From positions 4,817 through 68,816 of the forward strand of contig JAJRUJ010000011.1 of the NCBI GenBank assembly GCA_024277855.1: a DNA stretch of 64,000 nucleotides. The letters are read 5' to 3'. Made by a program: the position numbers and the translations under genes. Positions 37,300 to 47,513 of the stretch are shown one piece after another. A model generated the notes under the pieces. That model searched no databases and had not been told where the DNA came from. It saw only the letters and a program-made list of their open reading frames with translations. Within the stretch, counting starts at the first letter, position 1. Each line of letters begins with the position of its first letter. The DNA comes from Candidatus Zixiibacteriota bacterium. GTDB lineage: Bacteria; Zixibacteria; MSB-5A5; WJJR01; JAJRUJ01.

Positions 37300-38769
37300 T
37301 TACATGACGCGGTAATTGGGAGCTTCCTTAGTCACGGCGACATCGTGTGGATGTGATTCACGCATACCGGCCGCGCTGATCCGGACGAAACTGGCGTTTT
37401 TGTGTAATTGCGTGATTGTCTTCGCTCCGGATATCCCCATCCCGGCGCTTAACCCGCCGATAATCTGATGGACAACATCACTCAAACTGCCCTTGTAGGG
37501 AACACGCCCTTCAATACCCTCGGGCACCAGCTTGGAGATATCGTTGTCATCCTGGTAATATCTGTCGGAGGACCCGGCTTTCATCGCCGAGACCGATCCC
37601 ATCCCGCGATACACTTTGAATGAGCGGCCCTCGTAGAGGACGGTTTCACCGGGTGATTCGGTGACGCCGGCAAACAATGAGCCGACCATGACCGCCGTCG
37701 CCCCGGCGGCCAGCGCCTTGGCGATATCGCCGGAGAACCGCAAGCCACCGTCGGCGATAACGCTCACGCCTTTTTTGGACGCCTCCTCGGCACAATCGAG
37801 GATTGCGGTAATTTGGGGGACGCCGGCACCGGTGATTACCCGGGTGGTGCAAATCGAGCCGGGGCCAAGGCCGACTTTGACAATGTCGGCGCCGGCGGCG
37901 ATTAAATCGTGAGTACCGTCAGCCGTGGCGACATTCCCGGCCATCAATGCAGTATCCGGAAAAGTGTTTTTTATCATTTCAATCGTTGCCATCACACTTT
38001 CGGTATGTCCGTGTGAGGCGTCGATACACAGACAGTCAACTCCGGCATCAACGAGCATCCGGGCGCGCTGCAGGTGATCTTTGCCGATGCCGATTGCCCC
38101 GCCGACACGCAACCGACCACGATCGTCTTTGCAGGCCAGGGGATACATCCGCTTTTTCATAATATCTTTGACCGTAATCATCCCGCGCAGATTGCCCTGG
38201 TCATCGACAATGAGCAATTTTTCAATTCGGTTTTTATGCAGGATGTCTTCGGCCTGTTCCAGCGTCGTGCCTTCCGGGACGGTAATCAACCGGTCTTTGG
38301 TCATAACCTCGCCGATGGTGATGCTCAGATCCCGTTGGAAACGGATGTCGCGATTGGTCAGAATGCCAACCAGTTTCTTCCCTTCGGTGATTGGAATGCC
38401 CGAGAAAGAGTAGCGCTTCATGACCTCGAGGGCGTCGGAAAGCTGTCGATCGGGCGACATAGTCACCGGATCGACGATCATCCCGGATTCCGACCGTTTG
38501 ACCTTATCGATTTCGGCGGCCTGTTTTTCGGCGGAGAGATTGCGATGGACAATGCCGATCCCACCCTGCCGGGCAAGCGCAATGGCCAATTTTGCCTCGG
38601 TCACAGTATCCATTGCCGCCGAGACGATGGGGATGTTCAGGGCCAGATCGTCGGTCAAATTTACCCGAACATCAACTTCTTTGGGTAAGACGCCGGAGCG
38701 ACGGGGTTGCAGCAGAACGTCATCAAAAGTCAGCGCCAGCTTTCCGATCTTTGGTTGATCCTCGATCAA
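37300..38769 (-). CDS. guaB: IMP dehydrogenase with CBS pair
   Basis: [26 protein letters not shown] (catalytic Cys), ADGG, YRGMGS, VPEGIEG. Confidence 0.97.
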   Translation of the reverse strand: MIEDQPKIGKLALTFDDVLLQPRRSGVLPKEVDVRVNLTDDLALNIPIVSAAMDTVTEAKLAIALARQGGIGIVHRNLSAEKQAAEIDKVKRSESGMIVDPVTMSPDRQLSDALEVMKRYSFSGIPITEGKKLVGILTNRDIRFQRDLSITIGEVMTKDRLITVPEGTTLEQAEDILHKNRIEKLLIVDDQGNLRGMITVKDIMKKRMYPLACKDDRGRLRVGGAIGIGKDHLQRARMLVDAGVDCLCIDASHGHTESVMATIEMIKNTFPDTALMAGNVATADGTHDLIAAGADIVKVGLGPGSICTTRVITGAGVPQITAILDCAEEASKKGVSVIADGGLRFSGDIAKALAAGATAVMVGSLFAGVTESPGETVLYEGRSFKVYRGMGSVSAMKAGSSDRYYQDDNDISKLVPEGIEGRVPYKGSLSDVVHQIIGGLSAGMGISGAKTITQLHKNASFVRISAAGMRESHPHDVAVTKEAPNYRVM

Positions 38770-39473
38770 TCATCACCTTCCCAGTAAAGAATTCTTCCGC
38801 ACGAATCGCAGGTAATCAGTCGTTCGCCCCGCCGAATTTCCTGGACGAGTTGCGGGGGAAGAGCCTTGAAACACCCTGAACAAGCCCGCTTCCGAACCGC
38901 CACAACCACCGAGCCCTTACCGCGTTTGATTCGTTCATAGGTGGAAACGACCAATGAGTCAAGCCGCACCAGGATATTTTTCCGTTCATTCTCTTTGATT
39001 TTGATCTTGGTGCCGACGGAGTCCATCTCCGACTGGATCGCCTTGAGTTGTTCGTCGTTGATCTTGGCGATTTCCTCAGATCGAGACTGGACATCCTCAA
39101 TTTTGGCGTCGAGGTCTTCCAACTCGGCCATCACCGTCAGCAATTCATCTTCCATCTGTTGGATTTCTTGTTTCTTGTGGTCAATCTCGGTGCTGATCGC
39201 GTCGTATTCACGGTTGGTTTTAATCGTGGTCATCTGTGTTTTAAGTTTTTCCAGGGCCAAAGACGCCTGTGCGATCGAGCCTTCCAATTCGCTTTTGGCG
39301 AGGATGTCTTCATCCCGTTTCTGCTTGGTCTGCAGGAATTCTTCCTCAGCGTTACCGATCTCGGAGTTGAGGTTTTCGATCATATCGGGGAGATAGCCCT
39401 TTGACCTCTCCAGTTCTCCCAATTGGTAATCGATACCCTGCAATTGCAGGAGCAGTTCAGCGGTATTACTCAT
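38766..39473 (-). CDS. Coiled-coil protein with C4 zinc ribbon (DUF164/CT398-like)
   Basis: Long acidic coiled coil, TNREYDA, C-terminal CSGC...CDSCGRILY. Confidence 0.9.
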   Translation of the reverse strand: MSNTAELLLQLQGIDYQLGELERSKGYLPDMIENLNSEIGNAEEEFLQTKQKRDEDILAKSELEGSIAQASLALEKLKTQMTTIKTNREYDAISTEIDHKKQEIQQMEDELLTVMAELEDLDAKIEDVQSRSEEIAKINDEQLKAIQSEMDSVGTKIKIKENERKNILVRLDSLVVSTYERIKRGKGSVVVAVRKRACSGCFKALPPQLVQEIRRGERLITCDSCGRILYWEGDD

Positions 39474-39662
39474 CGTGTGACAACTCCCTCAAGGTTCCAC
39501 TCCGTCCCGCCAATGGGGCGGCAAATACTCCAAAAAAAAAGGCGCACGATTCGCGCGCACTGTTTCCTCTGACACCGGGCCGTAAACCATGACCTGTTCG
39601 CGACCCGGGCAACACCGAAAGATATGTGATTCAGAAAACTTTAAATAGGCCAAAACAAATTA

Positions 39663-39739
39663 TGGTGGGCAATACAGGATTTGAACCTGTGGCCTTTCGG
39701 ATGTGAACCGAACGCTCTAACCAACTGAGCTAATCGCCC
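39663..39739 (-). tRNA. tRNA-Val (anticodon CAC), CCA encoded
   Basis: GGGCGATTAGCTCAGTTGGTTAGAGCG-TTCGG-TT-CAC-AT-CCGAA-AGGCCACAGGTTCAAATCCTGTATTGCCCACCA. Confidence 0.95.
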
Positions 39740-39808
39740 ACGCCTCCTCGTCTTTTCCGCTTCGCGCGTTTTTCTTTAAGTCGTCCATCTCCTGTGTCGG
39801 TCCTGATG

Positions 39809-39882
39809 TGGGCCCACCAGGACTCGAACCTGGGACCAACTGATTATGAGTCAGTTGCTCTAACCAACTGAGCTATGGGCCC
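39809..39882 (-). tRNA. tRNA with CAT anticodon, probably tRNA-Ile2 (lysidine). CCA not encoded
   Basis: GGGCCCATAGCTCAGTTGGTTAGAGCA-ACTGA-CT-CAT-AA-TCAGT-TGGTCCCAGGTTCGAGTCCTGGTGGGCCCA. Paired 1-72 position, so not initiator. Location downstream of dnaG is typical of Ile2. Confidence 0.9.
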
Positions 39883-39955
39883 CCGAATCTGTCGGTCACA
39901 GCATTGGGGGCTGAAAATCCCCGACCATCGCGAGAATTTCACCTCCAATGTAAAC

Positions 39956-41713
39956 TTAAAGGTTACCCCCAGATTGTCCTTTTGTCAAGTATTTTTCCGA
40001 CAACTCCCTGGTCAGCCGATTTGCCTCATCCTGGTTACCCTTATTTTCCGCCTCCCTAATTCTACGCTTCAAATCGGCAATTATTTCACGCTGTCGCTCC
40101 GTGGTCATATTTTTGACATACTTGTCAAGATTCTCACCTGTTACCTCGGGCCCAAACTCGAAAAAGGCAATTTGTCTCCACAGTGATTTTTGCTCGGGTG
40201 TTTCGCCTAAATCGCCCGGATTGATTTCCTTCGGTGGGGGGGCGAGCGCAAGCAACTCGGCATAAAGCCCGGCAAGGCGTTTATCACGGAAATCCTCGGC
40301 CCGGACATCGATTTTCACCCTGGTAATCTGTGAGGGATCGTCCAGAAGCAGCCGGAGAAACTCAGCTTCGAGACGGTTTTGCGGTCGCTGCGCCGCTCCG
40401 GATGAGGGCGGAGATGTCCGGCGACCGGTATCCCCGGCAGGAGCCATCTGGGCCAGGAGATCATTTTCGCCGATGCCGGTTGCTTCGGCTATCTGGCGAA
40501 CTAATAACGTCCGGCGAATCCGGTCGGAAACGGCACTTGCCGTCTCCAGCAGTTCCTTGATGACCGATTCGCGATCCAGTAGTCCACCTGAGCGCAGGGT
40601 GTCACGAGACTGATCGACCCGGAACTGAACATATCCTTTGGCACCCCGGATGGCATCCTTGACACAGTCCACACCATTTCCCCGGATCGCGGTGTCCGGA
40701 TCGGAACCGGCCGGGAGGGTGGCGATTTTGACTTCTAATCCTTCACGAAACAACGTCTCGACTCCGCGCAACGCGGCTTTCTGCCCGGCGGGATCGGCAT
40801 CAAACAGCAACATGACATTTTTGGAGAATCTGGCGAGAAGGCGGGCCTGCTCGGCGGTAAAAGCCGTTCCGGAGGAGGCCACGACATTGGTAATCCCGGC
40901 CTGACAAAGGGCGATCCAGTCAGTGTATCCTTCGGTTACCACCGTATAATCGGCGCGGCGGATGGCCTCGCGCGCCTTGTCCAAGCCATAGAGAATATGC
41001 GATTTACGGTAAAGCGGGGTCTCCGGTGAGTTGATATATTTTGCCCGTTCATCTTTGCCCAGCGCGCGCGCGCCGAAGCCGACTACGCGGCCGGACAGGT
41101 TGGAAATTGCAAACGTGAGGCGATTGCGAAACCGGTCGTAGGCCGAGTCAGACCCTTCGCGTTCGACGACCAACCCGGCGTCGGCTAACTCTTTTTCACT
41201 AATATCGCGCCGACGGCAATACTTGATCAACCCATCCCAGCGGTCGGGAGCATAGCCGATTCCCCACTGTTTCAATTTTGACTTATCAACTCCCCGGCCG
41301 GTAATGTATTTCAGCGCGTATTCGCCCTCCGGTTGGGCAATCATCTCGGCAAAGAAATGAGCCGCCGCGGCATTAGCCGCTAACAGCCGCGAGTAGCGAT
41401 CGGCCTCGTCCGGGGCGCGACGGCGGGGAAGAGGAATACCCGCCTTCTGGGCCAGGTATTTCAGCGTTTCAGGGAAAGACCAACCTTCGTGTTCCATCAG
41501 GAAGGTGAAAACGTCGCCGCCCTTGCCACAGCCGAAGCAATGAAAAAACTGGCGGTCGGGATGAACGGTAAATGAGGGGGTTTTTTCGGTATGGAAAGGA
41601 CAAAGCCCGGTGATGTTTTTACCGCGTTTTTTTAGCGTTACATACTGTCCGATTATCGCCACAATATCGGAGGCCTCTCGGACACGCTCTTTAAATCCGT
41701 CATTGTCGTACAT
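39956..41713 (-). CDS. dnaG: DNA primase
   Basis: CPFH-x-EKTPSF...CFGC zinc finger, DRFRNR, KYINSPET, EGYTD, FDADPAG. Confidence 0.97.
   Translation of the reverse strand: MYDNDGFKERVREASDIVAIIGQYVTLKKRGKNITGLCPFHTEKTPSFTVHPDRQFFHCFGCGKGGDVFTFLMEHEGWSFPETLKYLAQKAGIPLPRRRAPDEADRYSRLLAANAAAAHFFAEMIAQPEGEYALKYITGRGVDKSKLKQWGIGYAPDRWDGLIKYCRRRDISEKELADAGLVVEREGSDSAYDRFRNRLTFAISNLSGRVVGFGARALGKDERAKYINSPETPLYRKSHILYGLDKAREAIRRADYTVVTEGYTDWIALCQAGITNVVASSGTAFTAEQARLLARFSKNVMLLFDADPAGQKAALRGVETLFREGLEVKIATLPAGSDPDTAIRGNGVDCVKDAIRGAKGYVQFRVDQSRDTLRSGGLLDRESVIKELLETASAVSDRIRRTLLVRQIAEATGIGENDLLAQMAPAGDTGRRTSPPSSGAAQRPQNRLEAEFLRLLLDDPSQITRVKIDVRAEDFRDKRLAGLYAELLALAPPPKEINPGDLGETPEQKSLWRQIAFFEFGPEVTGENLDKYVKNMTTERQREIIADLKRRIREAENKGNQDEANRLTRELSEKYLTKGQSGGNL
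39960..39988 (-). promoter_or_regulatory. sigma70-type promoter for the tRNA pair embedded in the last codons of dnaG
   Basis: TTGACA-N17-TAACCT on the minus strand, about 78 nt upstream of the tRNA(CAT). Confidence 0.6.
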
Positions 41714-41769
41714 CGAAATAGAATTCCGAACCTGCCCTCCGGTACAATGTATACGACACCGGTCCGCCG

Positions 41770-42645
41770 TTAACCATCATATTTATCCAGGCGAAGGCCA
41801 AATCGTTCAATTCGGGCGATCAGGCCGTCCAGGGAGTAACCGATGACTATCGCCCGCCCGACGATATTGCTACGAGATATCGCTCCCCATAAACGGGAAT
41901 CTTCGGCCATGTCGCGGTTGTCCCCCAGTAAAAAGTACTCACCGGCGGCCACCGTTATGGGGCCGAGATTGTCGCGCACCGACTCACCCGCGGAAATGAT
42001 GCGGGTCGGATCGGCAAAAACTGCCGTCGACGGAGTGCCAGCGCGCCGATGATTAATATATACGATTTTGTTTTGTAATAGGAGGGTATCTCCGGGCAAC
42101 GCCGCCACCCGTAAGATCAGGTCTTCATCCCTGGTATCCCGGGGCTTGGTGCAAACGACGAGATCTCCTCGGTGGGGCGGGTGATCGGCATATGCGCGGA
42201 GATCGACCAAGACAAAATCTCCCGGCAGAATGGTGTTTTCCATCGCACCCGCTTTCGACGCGACAATACCAATACTCATGATCGATTTTGCCGTTTGGTT
42301 GACGAAAAACAGAGCGGCCAGCCAGATAACCAACACCGCGACATATGCTTTGCCGGTATTGGATGATCGCGGGTAATACTGGTTCCGTCGCGCCAACGCA
42401 AAAAATACCGGGATGGCAGAGTAGACCAGACCAACCAAGAGCAGGGTGGCCAACGCATACAATCGAACCCAAAAATCCGTCGCCAGACTGCCCCCAATCC
42501 ATACGGCCAACCCGGTAAATCCGGCGGTCGACCAAACGGGGTTTCCAGTGTAGAGGAAGGCGACAGGGGGAGCGATCGAGGCCCACAACCCGGCAATCCA
42601 CCATTTTCGAGGTCGATTGGAAGATTGGCCGACGGTGTTTTCCAT
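41770..42645 (-). CDS. Signal peptidase I (S26) homologue with multi-TM N-terminus, both catalytic residues substituted
   Basis: AGAMENTILPGD (box B), RGDLVV (box C), LILRVAALPGD (box D), YFLLGDNRDMAEDSRLWG (box E). Confidence 0.85.
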   Translation of the reverse strand: MENTVGQSSNRPRKWWIAGLWASIAPPVAFLYTGNPVWSTAGFTGLAVWIGGSLATDFWVRLYALATLLLVGLVYSAIPVFFALARRNQYYPRSSNTGKAYVAVLVIWLAALFFVNQTAKSIMSIGIVASKAGAMENTILPGDFVLVDLRAYADHPPHRGDLVVCTKPRDTRDEDLILRVAALPGDTLLLQNKIVYINHRRAGTPSTAVFADPTRIISAGESVRDNLGPITVAAGEYFLLGDNRDMAEDSRLWGAISRSNIVGRAIVIGYSLDGLIARIERFGLRLDKYDG

Positions 42646-42646
42646 G

Positions 42647-45043
42647 TCAATCCTTGACCAGGCGGGCAATGGTTACACCCAGACCGCCCTCGTTCCATTC
42701 ACCGAGATGGAATGAATTTACTCGCTTGTCGGATTTAAGCATCTCGGTGATTACCCGTCGCAGGATTCCCTCACCTTTCCCGTGAATAATCCGGACTTCC
42801 TCCCACCCGGTCAAACGGGCCTCGTCCAGATAGCGGTCCAACGCCTCGAGGGCTTCCTCACCGGTGAGTCCTCGCAGAGAGATTTCGGGTTTGATGTCGG
42901 TGGTAACATTGAGGTTAATCGGCGATGGGTGTACTTCCGGATTCGCCGGTTCTTCGGCGGCGATCCTGCGGCAGTGGGCCAGATCGACAGTATAATACAT
43001 ATTGCCCAGACGCAATTTTACTTTTCCCCGGTCGGCAAAGATATCCACAACTTCGCCCTCTTTGCCAAAGATGGCGACCCAGACCCGGTCACCCGGTTCG
43101 ATTTCACCTTCAATTTGTCGTGGCGGCGGCGGAGGATCATCGCGCAAGGCTTCCTTTTTTTGCCGGGTTTCCGCCGCACGCTTCTTAAGTCTATGATGTG
43201 TCTCCCGGACAAGTTTCTTCTCTGCCTGAGATTCACGGATTTCCCGCACCAACCGTTCCATCTCACGCTTGGTCTCGGCGATAATTTTTTCCGATTCGGC
43301 CAGCGCTTTGGCCGCAAACTCTTTTTCGAGTTCACGCATTTTTTTCGTTTTTGATTGGAGCAAATCTTCCAAATCGGCGGTGATCTTTTGGCGGCGTTTG
43401 AGTTCCGCCTCCTGTTGCCGTGTGTTGCGTAAAGTACTTTCCAACTCCGCAAGCAGACCGGTCAGGTTGACTTCCTGCGTACCCATTAGTTCGGTAGCCC
43501 GTTCGGTAATTTCTTCCGGCATGCCCAATCGCCGGGCGATGTCGATCGCGTATGATGATCCGGGAACCCCGAGGTTAAGCCGATAGGTCGGGTTCAAAGT
43601 TTCGGCGTCAAATTCCACTGCCGCATTTTCGATGCGGGGATCGTTTTGCGAAAGCGTTTTCAAGGCAGTGTAATGAGTGGTACACATCACCCGCACATTC
43701 CGCTGCACCAGGGACATGATGATCGCTTCGCCCAGCGCCGCGCCTTCCTTCGGATCGGTCCCGGCACCGAGTTCATCGAGCAACACCAACGAATTTTCAT
43801 CTGCCTGTTCGACCGCGTGTCGGATTTGTCGAACATGAGAAGAAAAAGTCGACAGGGAAGACTCGATTGACTGTTCGTCACCGATATCGGCAAATAGCGA
43901 AGTGAATACCCCGATGGCGGTTCCCTCACCGACGGGGACCGGCAAGCCGGCCTGGACCATCGAGATGAGCAACCCGGTTGTTTTTAACGAAACGGTTTTG
44001 CCGCCGGTGTTTGGTCCGGTAACCACCAGGGCGATAAATGATTCACCCAATTTTAATGTGATCGGTACCACCGACTCGGCGGGGTCCTGTCCATCCTCGA
44101 CCGCCTTGAGCACCAGGAGTGGATGACGACCGTCGACCAGCGAGATCATTGGCCGGTCGACAAGATCGGGCATCCGCGAATCGGTTTTCTTCGCCCAGTT
44201 TGCCCGGGCGTGAAGGGAGTCGAGCACGCCGAGGACCCGGACATTTTCGGTTAATTCCACCGATTCGCTGCGCACCATCCGGGTGATCGAGCGGAGGATT
44301 TTTTCGACCTCCCGGCGTTCTTCGATCATGACCTGGCGCAATCGGTTGTTCAGTTCAATGACTTTGAACGGCTCGACGAACAACGTCTGCCCGGTGGATG
44401 AGCGGTCCTGAATGACGCCCTCACGGGGGCTGACATCGCCGGTACGCACCGGGATGACAAAACGGTCGTTGCGCAGAGTAATGATATCTTCCTGCCAGGC
44501 GGGGTCGGGGTCTTTTCCGGCAAGGATTTTTTTCAGGCGTTCGATAATTGTCGTCCGCACATTGCGCATCTCGCCGCGCAGTTTTTTTAATTCGGAAGAG
44601 GCGTTGTCCCGCACTTCGCCGTCATCGTCGATCGCCGTCCGAATCCGCTTGACGATTGCGAACCCGGAGACAAGGTGGGAGAGGTGTTCCTCGGTCAAGG
44701 GGTATTTGTCCGCCGAGACCTTGGAGAATTTCATCAAGTCCTGACACACTTCCAGAAAATCCGCGATCGCCAGCAGTTCTTTTGGGTCGAGGAAGATTTC
44801 CTCAACAGAGGTACGTAGAATCGAAGGTCGAATGTCCGCGACGCGAGAGAGGGGGAAATCGCCTTCGTGGGCGAGAATGGCGATCATCTCTCGTAACTGG
44901 TCCGCCGCCTCGGTGACACGGCGGTATTCCGTATCCGGTCGCCGGGCAGCCAGCATTTCTGCGCCGACTGCGGTCAGACAAAATCCGGAAATAGATTCGA
45001 TGATTTTACCGAATTCCAGTATTTCCAACGTGTGTCGATCCAT
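42647..45043 (-). CDS. mutS2: MutS2 with C-terminal Smr domain
   Basis: TGPNTGGKT, DIGDEQSI-x-x-SLSTFSSH, DELGAGTDP, IIHGKGEGILR. Confidence 0.95.
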   Translation of the reverse strand: MDRHTLEILEFGKIIESISGFCLTAVGAEMLAARRPDTEYRRVTEAADQLREMIAILAHEGDFPLSRVADIRPSILRTSVEEIFLDPKELLAIADFLEVCQDLMKFSKVSADKYPLTEEHLSHLVSGFAIVKRIRTAIDDDGEVRDNASSELKKLRGEMRNVRTTIIERLKKILAGKDPDPAWQEDIITLRNDRFVIPVRTGDVSPREGVIQDRSSTGQTLFVEPFKVIELNNRLRQVMIEERREVEKILRSITRMVRSESVELTENVRVLGVLDSLHARANWAKKTDSRMPDLVDRPMISLVDGRHPLLVLKAVEDGQDPAESVVPITLKLGESFIALVVTGPNTGGKTVSLKTTGLLISMVQAGLPVPVGEGTAIGVFTSLFADIGDEQSIESSLSTFSSHVRQIRHAVEQADENSLVLLDELGAGTDPKEGAALGEAIIMSLVQRNVRVMCTTHYTALKTLSQNDPRIENAAVEFDAETLNPTYRLNLGVPGSSYAIDIARRLGMPEEITERATELMGTQEVNLTGLLAELESTLRNTRQQEAELKRRQKITADLEDLLQSKTKKMRELEKEFAAKALAESEKIIAETKREMERLVREIRESQAEKKLVRETHHRLKKRAAETRQKKEALRDDPPPPPRQIEGEIEPGDRVWVAIFGKEGEVVDIFADRGKVKLRLGNMYYTVDLAHCRRIAAEEPANPEVHPSPINLNVTTDIKPEISLRGLTGEEALEALDRYLDEARLTGWEEVRIIHGKGEGILRRVITEMLKSDKRVNSFHLGEWNEGGLGVTIARLVKD

Positions 45044-45102
45044 CGCTAACCTCGCGCCAAAACATACGAAAAATCTTGACGGCATTCCACCGCTGCGGAG
45101 GC

Positions 45103-45129
45103 AAAAAAAAACGCCCGCAGGCGGGCGTT
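45103..45129 (-). terminator. Intrinsic terminator after cvpA
   Basis: CGCCCGC-CT-GCGGGCG stem followed by a T-run on the minus strand. Confidence 0.7.
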
Positions 45130-45152
45130 CTAAATTTTCACACTCGACTGCC

Positions 45153-45806
45153 TCATTGCTGATCGGAGAATAAATACCGCTCTACTCGGTCCAGAAAGTC
45201 GTTGATCCGCGCGCGTTCCAGGTTGTTCAACGGCCGACGTTTGATATGCTTTCCCGGTTCCGGTTCGACCGAGGACGGGACTCCGGTCAATGAATCCTCC
45301 AGTTTGAGCACAAATGACCGCTCCGAAGGATGAAGTTTGCCGGTCGCCTCATACATAAAGGGCACCGAGGAAGCCATCCGCATCGTCAGCGTCGAATCTT
45401 CCAATTTCTGTTCGAGCGCATAAGGGAGAGGGACATACAACAGCATGAACATCGCAAAGCCCGCCAGGATCCAGCCGTGCATGACTCCGGCGATTGCCCC
45501 GCCGACTTTGTCGGCGCGTCCCAATTTCTGGATTTCGGCCACCCGATAAAATATTTTCGCCGCAAACTTGAACCCGGCATACAATAACCCACCGGAAAGA
45601 AGAAATGCCACAAACGAGGCCCAAAGCGGCGATGCCTTAAGCCAGTATTCGGCCTGGACGGTGAGATAGTCGTTGTAGTGAACCGCCAGCACGATGGCGC
45701 CGGCCAGGGCGATCACGCCGGTGACTTCGCGCACAAACCCTACTTTGCTGCCATAAATCGCCCCGGAAACCAAGACGGACAACAGAACCAGATCGATGAT
45801 ATTCAT
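45153..45806 (-). CDS. cvpA: CvpA (colicin V production) family membrane protein
   Basis: MNIIDLV...G-x-x-x-GFVRE, four TM segments, DKVGGAIAG. Confidence 0.88.
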   Translation of the reverse strand: MNIIDLVLLSVLVSGAIYGSKVGFVREVTGVIALAGAIVLAVHYNDYLTVQAEYWLKASPLWASFVAFLLSGGLLYAGFKFAAKIFYRVAEIQKLGRADKVGGAIAGVMHGWILAGFAMFMLLYVPLPYALEQKLEDSTLTMRMASSVPFMYEATGKLHPSERSFVLKLEDSLTGVPSSVEPEPGKHIKRRPLNNLERARINDFLDRVERYLFSDQQ

Positions 45807-45972
45807 GGTCCCTCTCCGGTTTACCCTGCGTTACCGATGAGGGCCGAGAAAACGGCCAGTAATCTGTATTTTCGACCGTGCCGCCTGAACTGTCCGGTGG
45901 CCCCTGCCCCTTACCGATCGAATCAAATGCCCGAATCCTCGCACTCACGCCTTTACTGAGAACGAGGATGTC

Positions 45973-46425
45973 CTACTTTTTCAAACGTACATTTACTATC
46001 GCGGCAATTCGCTTGCCGTCAGCTCGTCCACCGGCCTTAGCGACCGTGGCTTTCATTACCTTGCCAAAATCCTGTGGGGTGGAGGCAGCCAACTCATCAA
46101 TAACCTCAGTGACGAGGTTATCAAGCTCATCGTCGGACAACTCCGCCGGGAGGAATTCTTTGATAATCAGCAATTCCGCCGCTTCGGTCTCGGCCCGGTC
46201 GGAGCGTCCCCCCTTTTTAAACGCATCGATTGAATCTTTGCGTTTCTTGGCCGCTGATTGCAACACGGCCAGACAATCGTCGTCGGTTAAGTCTTTCCCG
46301 AGTTCGATCTCTTTATATTTCAAGTCGGATTTCAAGCCGCGAAGAACACTCGTACGTAGTTCTTCCCTTGCTTTCATCGCCGAGGTTAACTCGGTGACGA
46401 TCCGATTCCATAACGCCGCACTCAT
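45973..46425 (-). CDS. GatB/YqeY domain protein
   Basis: [11 protein letters not shown]-x-x-F-x-x-GGR, FLPAELS, GKVMK, GRADGK. Directly after rpsU. Confidence 0.93.
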   Translation of the reverse strand: MSAALWNRIVTELTSAMKAREELRTSVLRGLKSDLKYKEIELGKDLTDDDCLAVLQSAAKKRKDSIDAFKKGGRSDRAETEAAELLIIKEFLPAELSDDELDNLVTEVIDELAASTPQDFGKVMKATVAKAGGRADGKRIAAIVNVRLKK

Positions 46426-46619
46426 CTTCTATTCCGCTGTTGTTTCTTGCGGTTGCGGCGGATTGCCTGATTCATTTTGCGCTTACGACGATCAGATGGC
46501 TTCTCAAAATGCTGATGCTTTTTGATGTCGGACATAATGCCGGACTTTTCGCAAGCCTTGTTAAACCGTCTCAACGCTCTTTCAAATGTTTCTTCGTCAC
46601 GAACACGAACTCCTGCCAT
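46422..46619 (-). CDS. rpsU: 30S ribosomal protein S21
   Basis: [10 protein letters not shown]...HFEKPS-x-RRKRK. Confidence 0.95.
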   Translation of the reverse strand: MAGVRVRDEETFERALRRFNKACEKSGIMSDIKKHQHFEKPSDRRKRKMNQAIRRNRKKQQRNRR

Positions 46620-46837
46620 TTAGTGGGCCAAACCCCCTCTCATCGCGGCCTCCAACCTTTGTTTCGGGGAAAAACCGCATCTGCAAAATTGTCCGGGTTT
46701 GGAGTCCGGGACCTGCCCGGATACACTACACCCCATACCTCTAAGAGTATAAAAAGTAAGACTTTGGCAGATTGTCAATCAAAATCGGTCATTCAGGAGA
46801 GATTGCTTTCCAGTCGGCGGTTATCTATATAGCAATC

Positions 46838-47509
46838 ATGGAAGCCGAATCAAACATCCGGGGCGTTATTTTCGATATGGATGGGGTGTTGATCGACTCA
46901 GAAATCCTGCATTATAAATCCACAATAATGTATCTAAACGATGAATTGGGATTGTCTTACGATGAAGAAGAAAACCGGGAATTCCTTGGTCGTTCCGATT
47001 TTTACATGTTTGAAATCCTTAAAGCACGCTACAATCTTGAATTATCCATCCAGCAAATGATCGAGCGGCGCCGTGACATTTATCTGAATTTATTGGCTGG
47101 GAATGTCCAACTCATTGACGGTGTGGCAGATTTTGTCCGCTTTCTCGAGGATTCCGGCTACAAACTCGGATTGGCCTCATCCTCACTGGAGAAAATCATC
47201 AACATGGTTGTCCTGGAGGGCGGGATTGGGGCCTGTTTCAAACATATCCAATCAGGTGAAAACCTGGCCAACAGCAAGCCCGACCCGGAGATTTTCCTGG
47301 TGACTGCCGAGAAGTTGGGCGTGCGACCGGATGGATGCGCCGTGATCGAGGATACGACAGTCGGTATTCAGGCGGCCAAGGCCGCCGGGATGTACGCCAT
47401 CGGTTTCGCTGTTCCGGGGGCGCCGGAACAGGATTTTGGTGAGGCGGATGTGGTTGTCGACTCATTTGAGACGTTGAAGCATCGGCGCATACTGCCGGTA
47501 ATCGAGTAG
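46838..47509 (+). CDS. HAD-superfamily phosphatase (subfamily IA variant 3, beta-PGM-like)
   Basis: FDMDGVLIDSE, LASSS, KPDPEIF, IEDT-x-x-GIQAAKAAGM. Confidence 0.92.
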   Translation: MEAESNIRGVIFDMDGVLIDSEILHYKSTIMYLNDELGLSYDEEENREFLGRSDFYMFEILKARYNLELSIQQMIERRRDIYLNLLAGNVQLIDGVADFVRFLEDSGYKLGLASSSLEKIINMVVLEGGIGACFKHIQSGENLANSKPDPEIFLVTAEKLGVRPDGCAVIEDTTVGIQAAKAAGMYAIGFAVPGAPEQDFGEADVVVDSFETLKHRRILPVIE

Positions 47510-47513
47510 TTTG

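Noticed and set aside
39663-39882. tRNA-anchored integrated element
   Set aside because: No integrase, no duplicated tRNA 3' end seen, and the flanks are housekeeping genes.
45878-46525. 215-aa plus-strand ORF
   Set aside because: Antisense to yqeY and rpsU.
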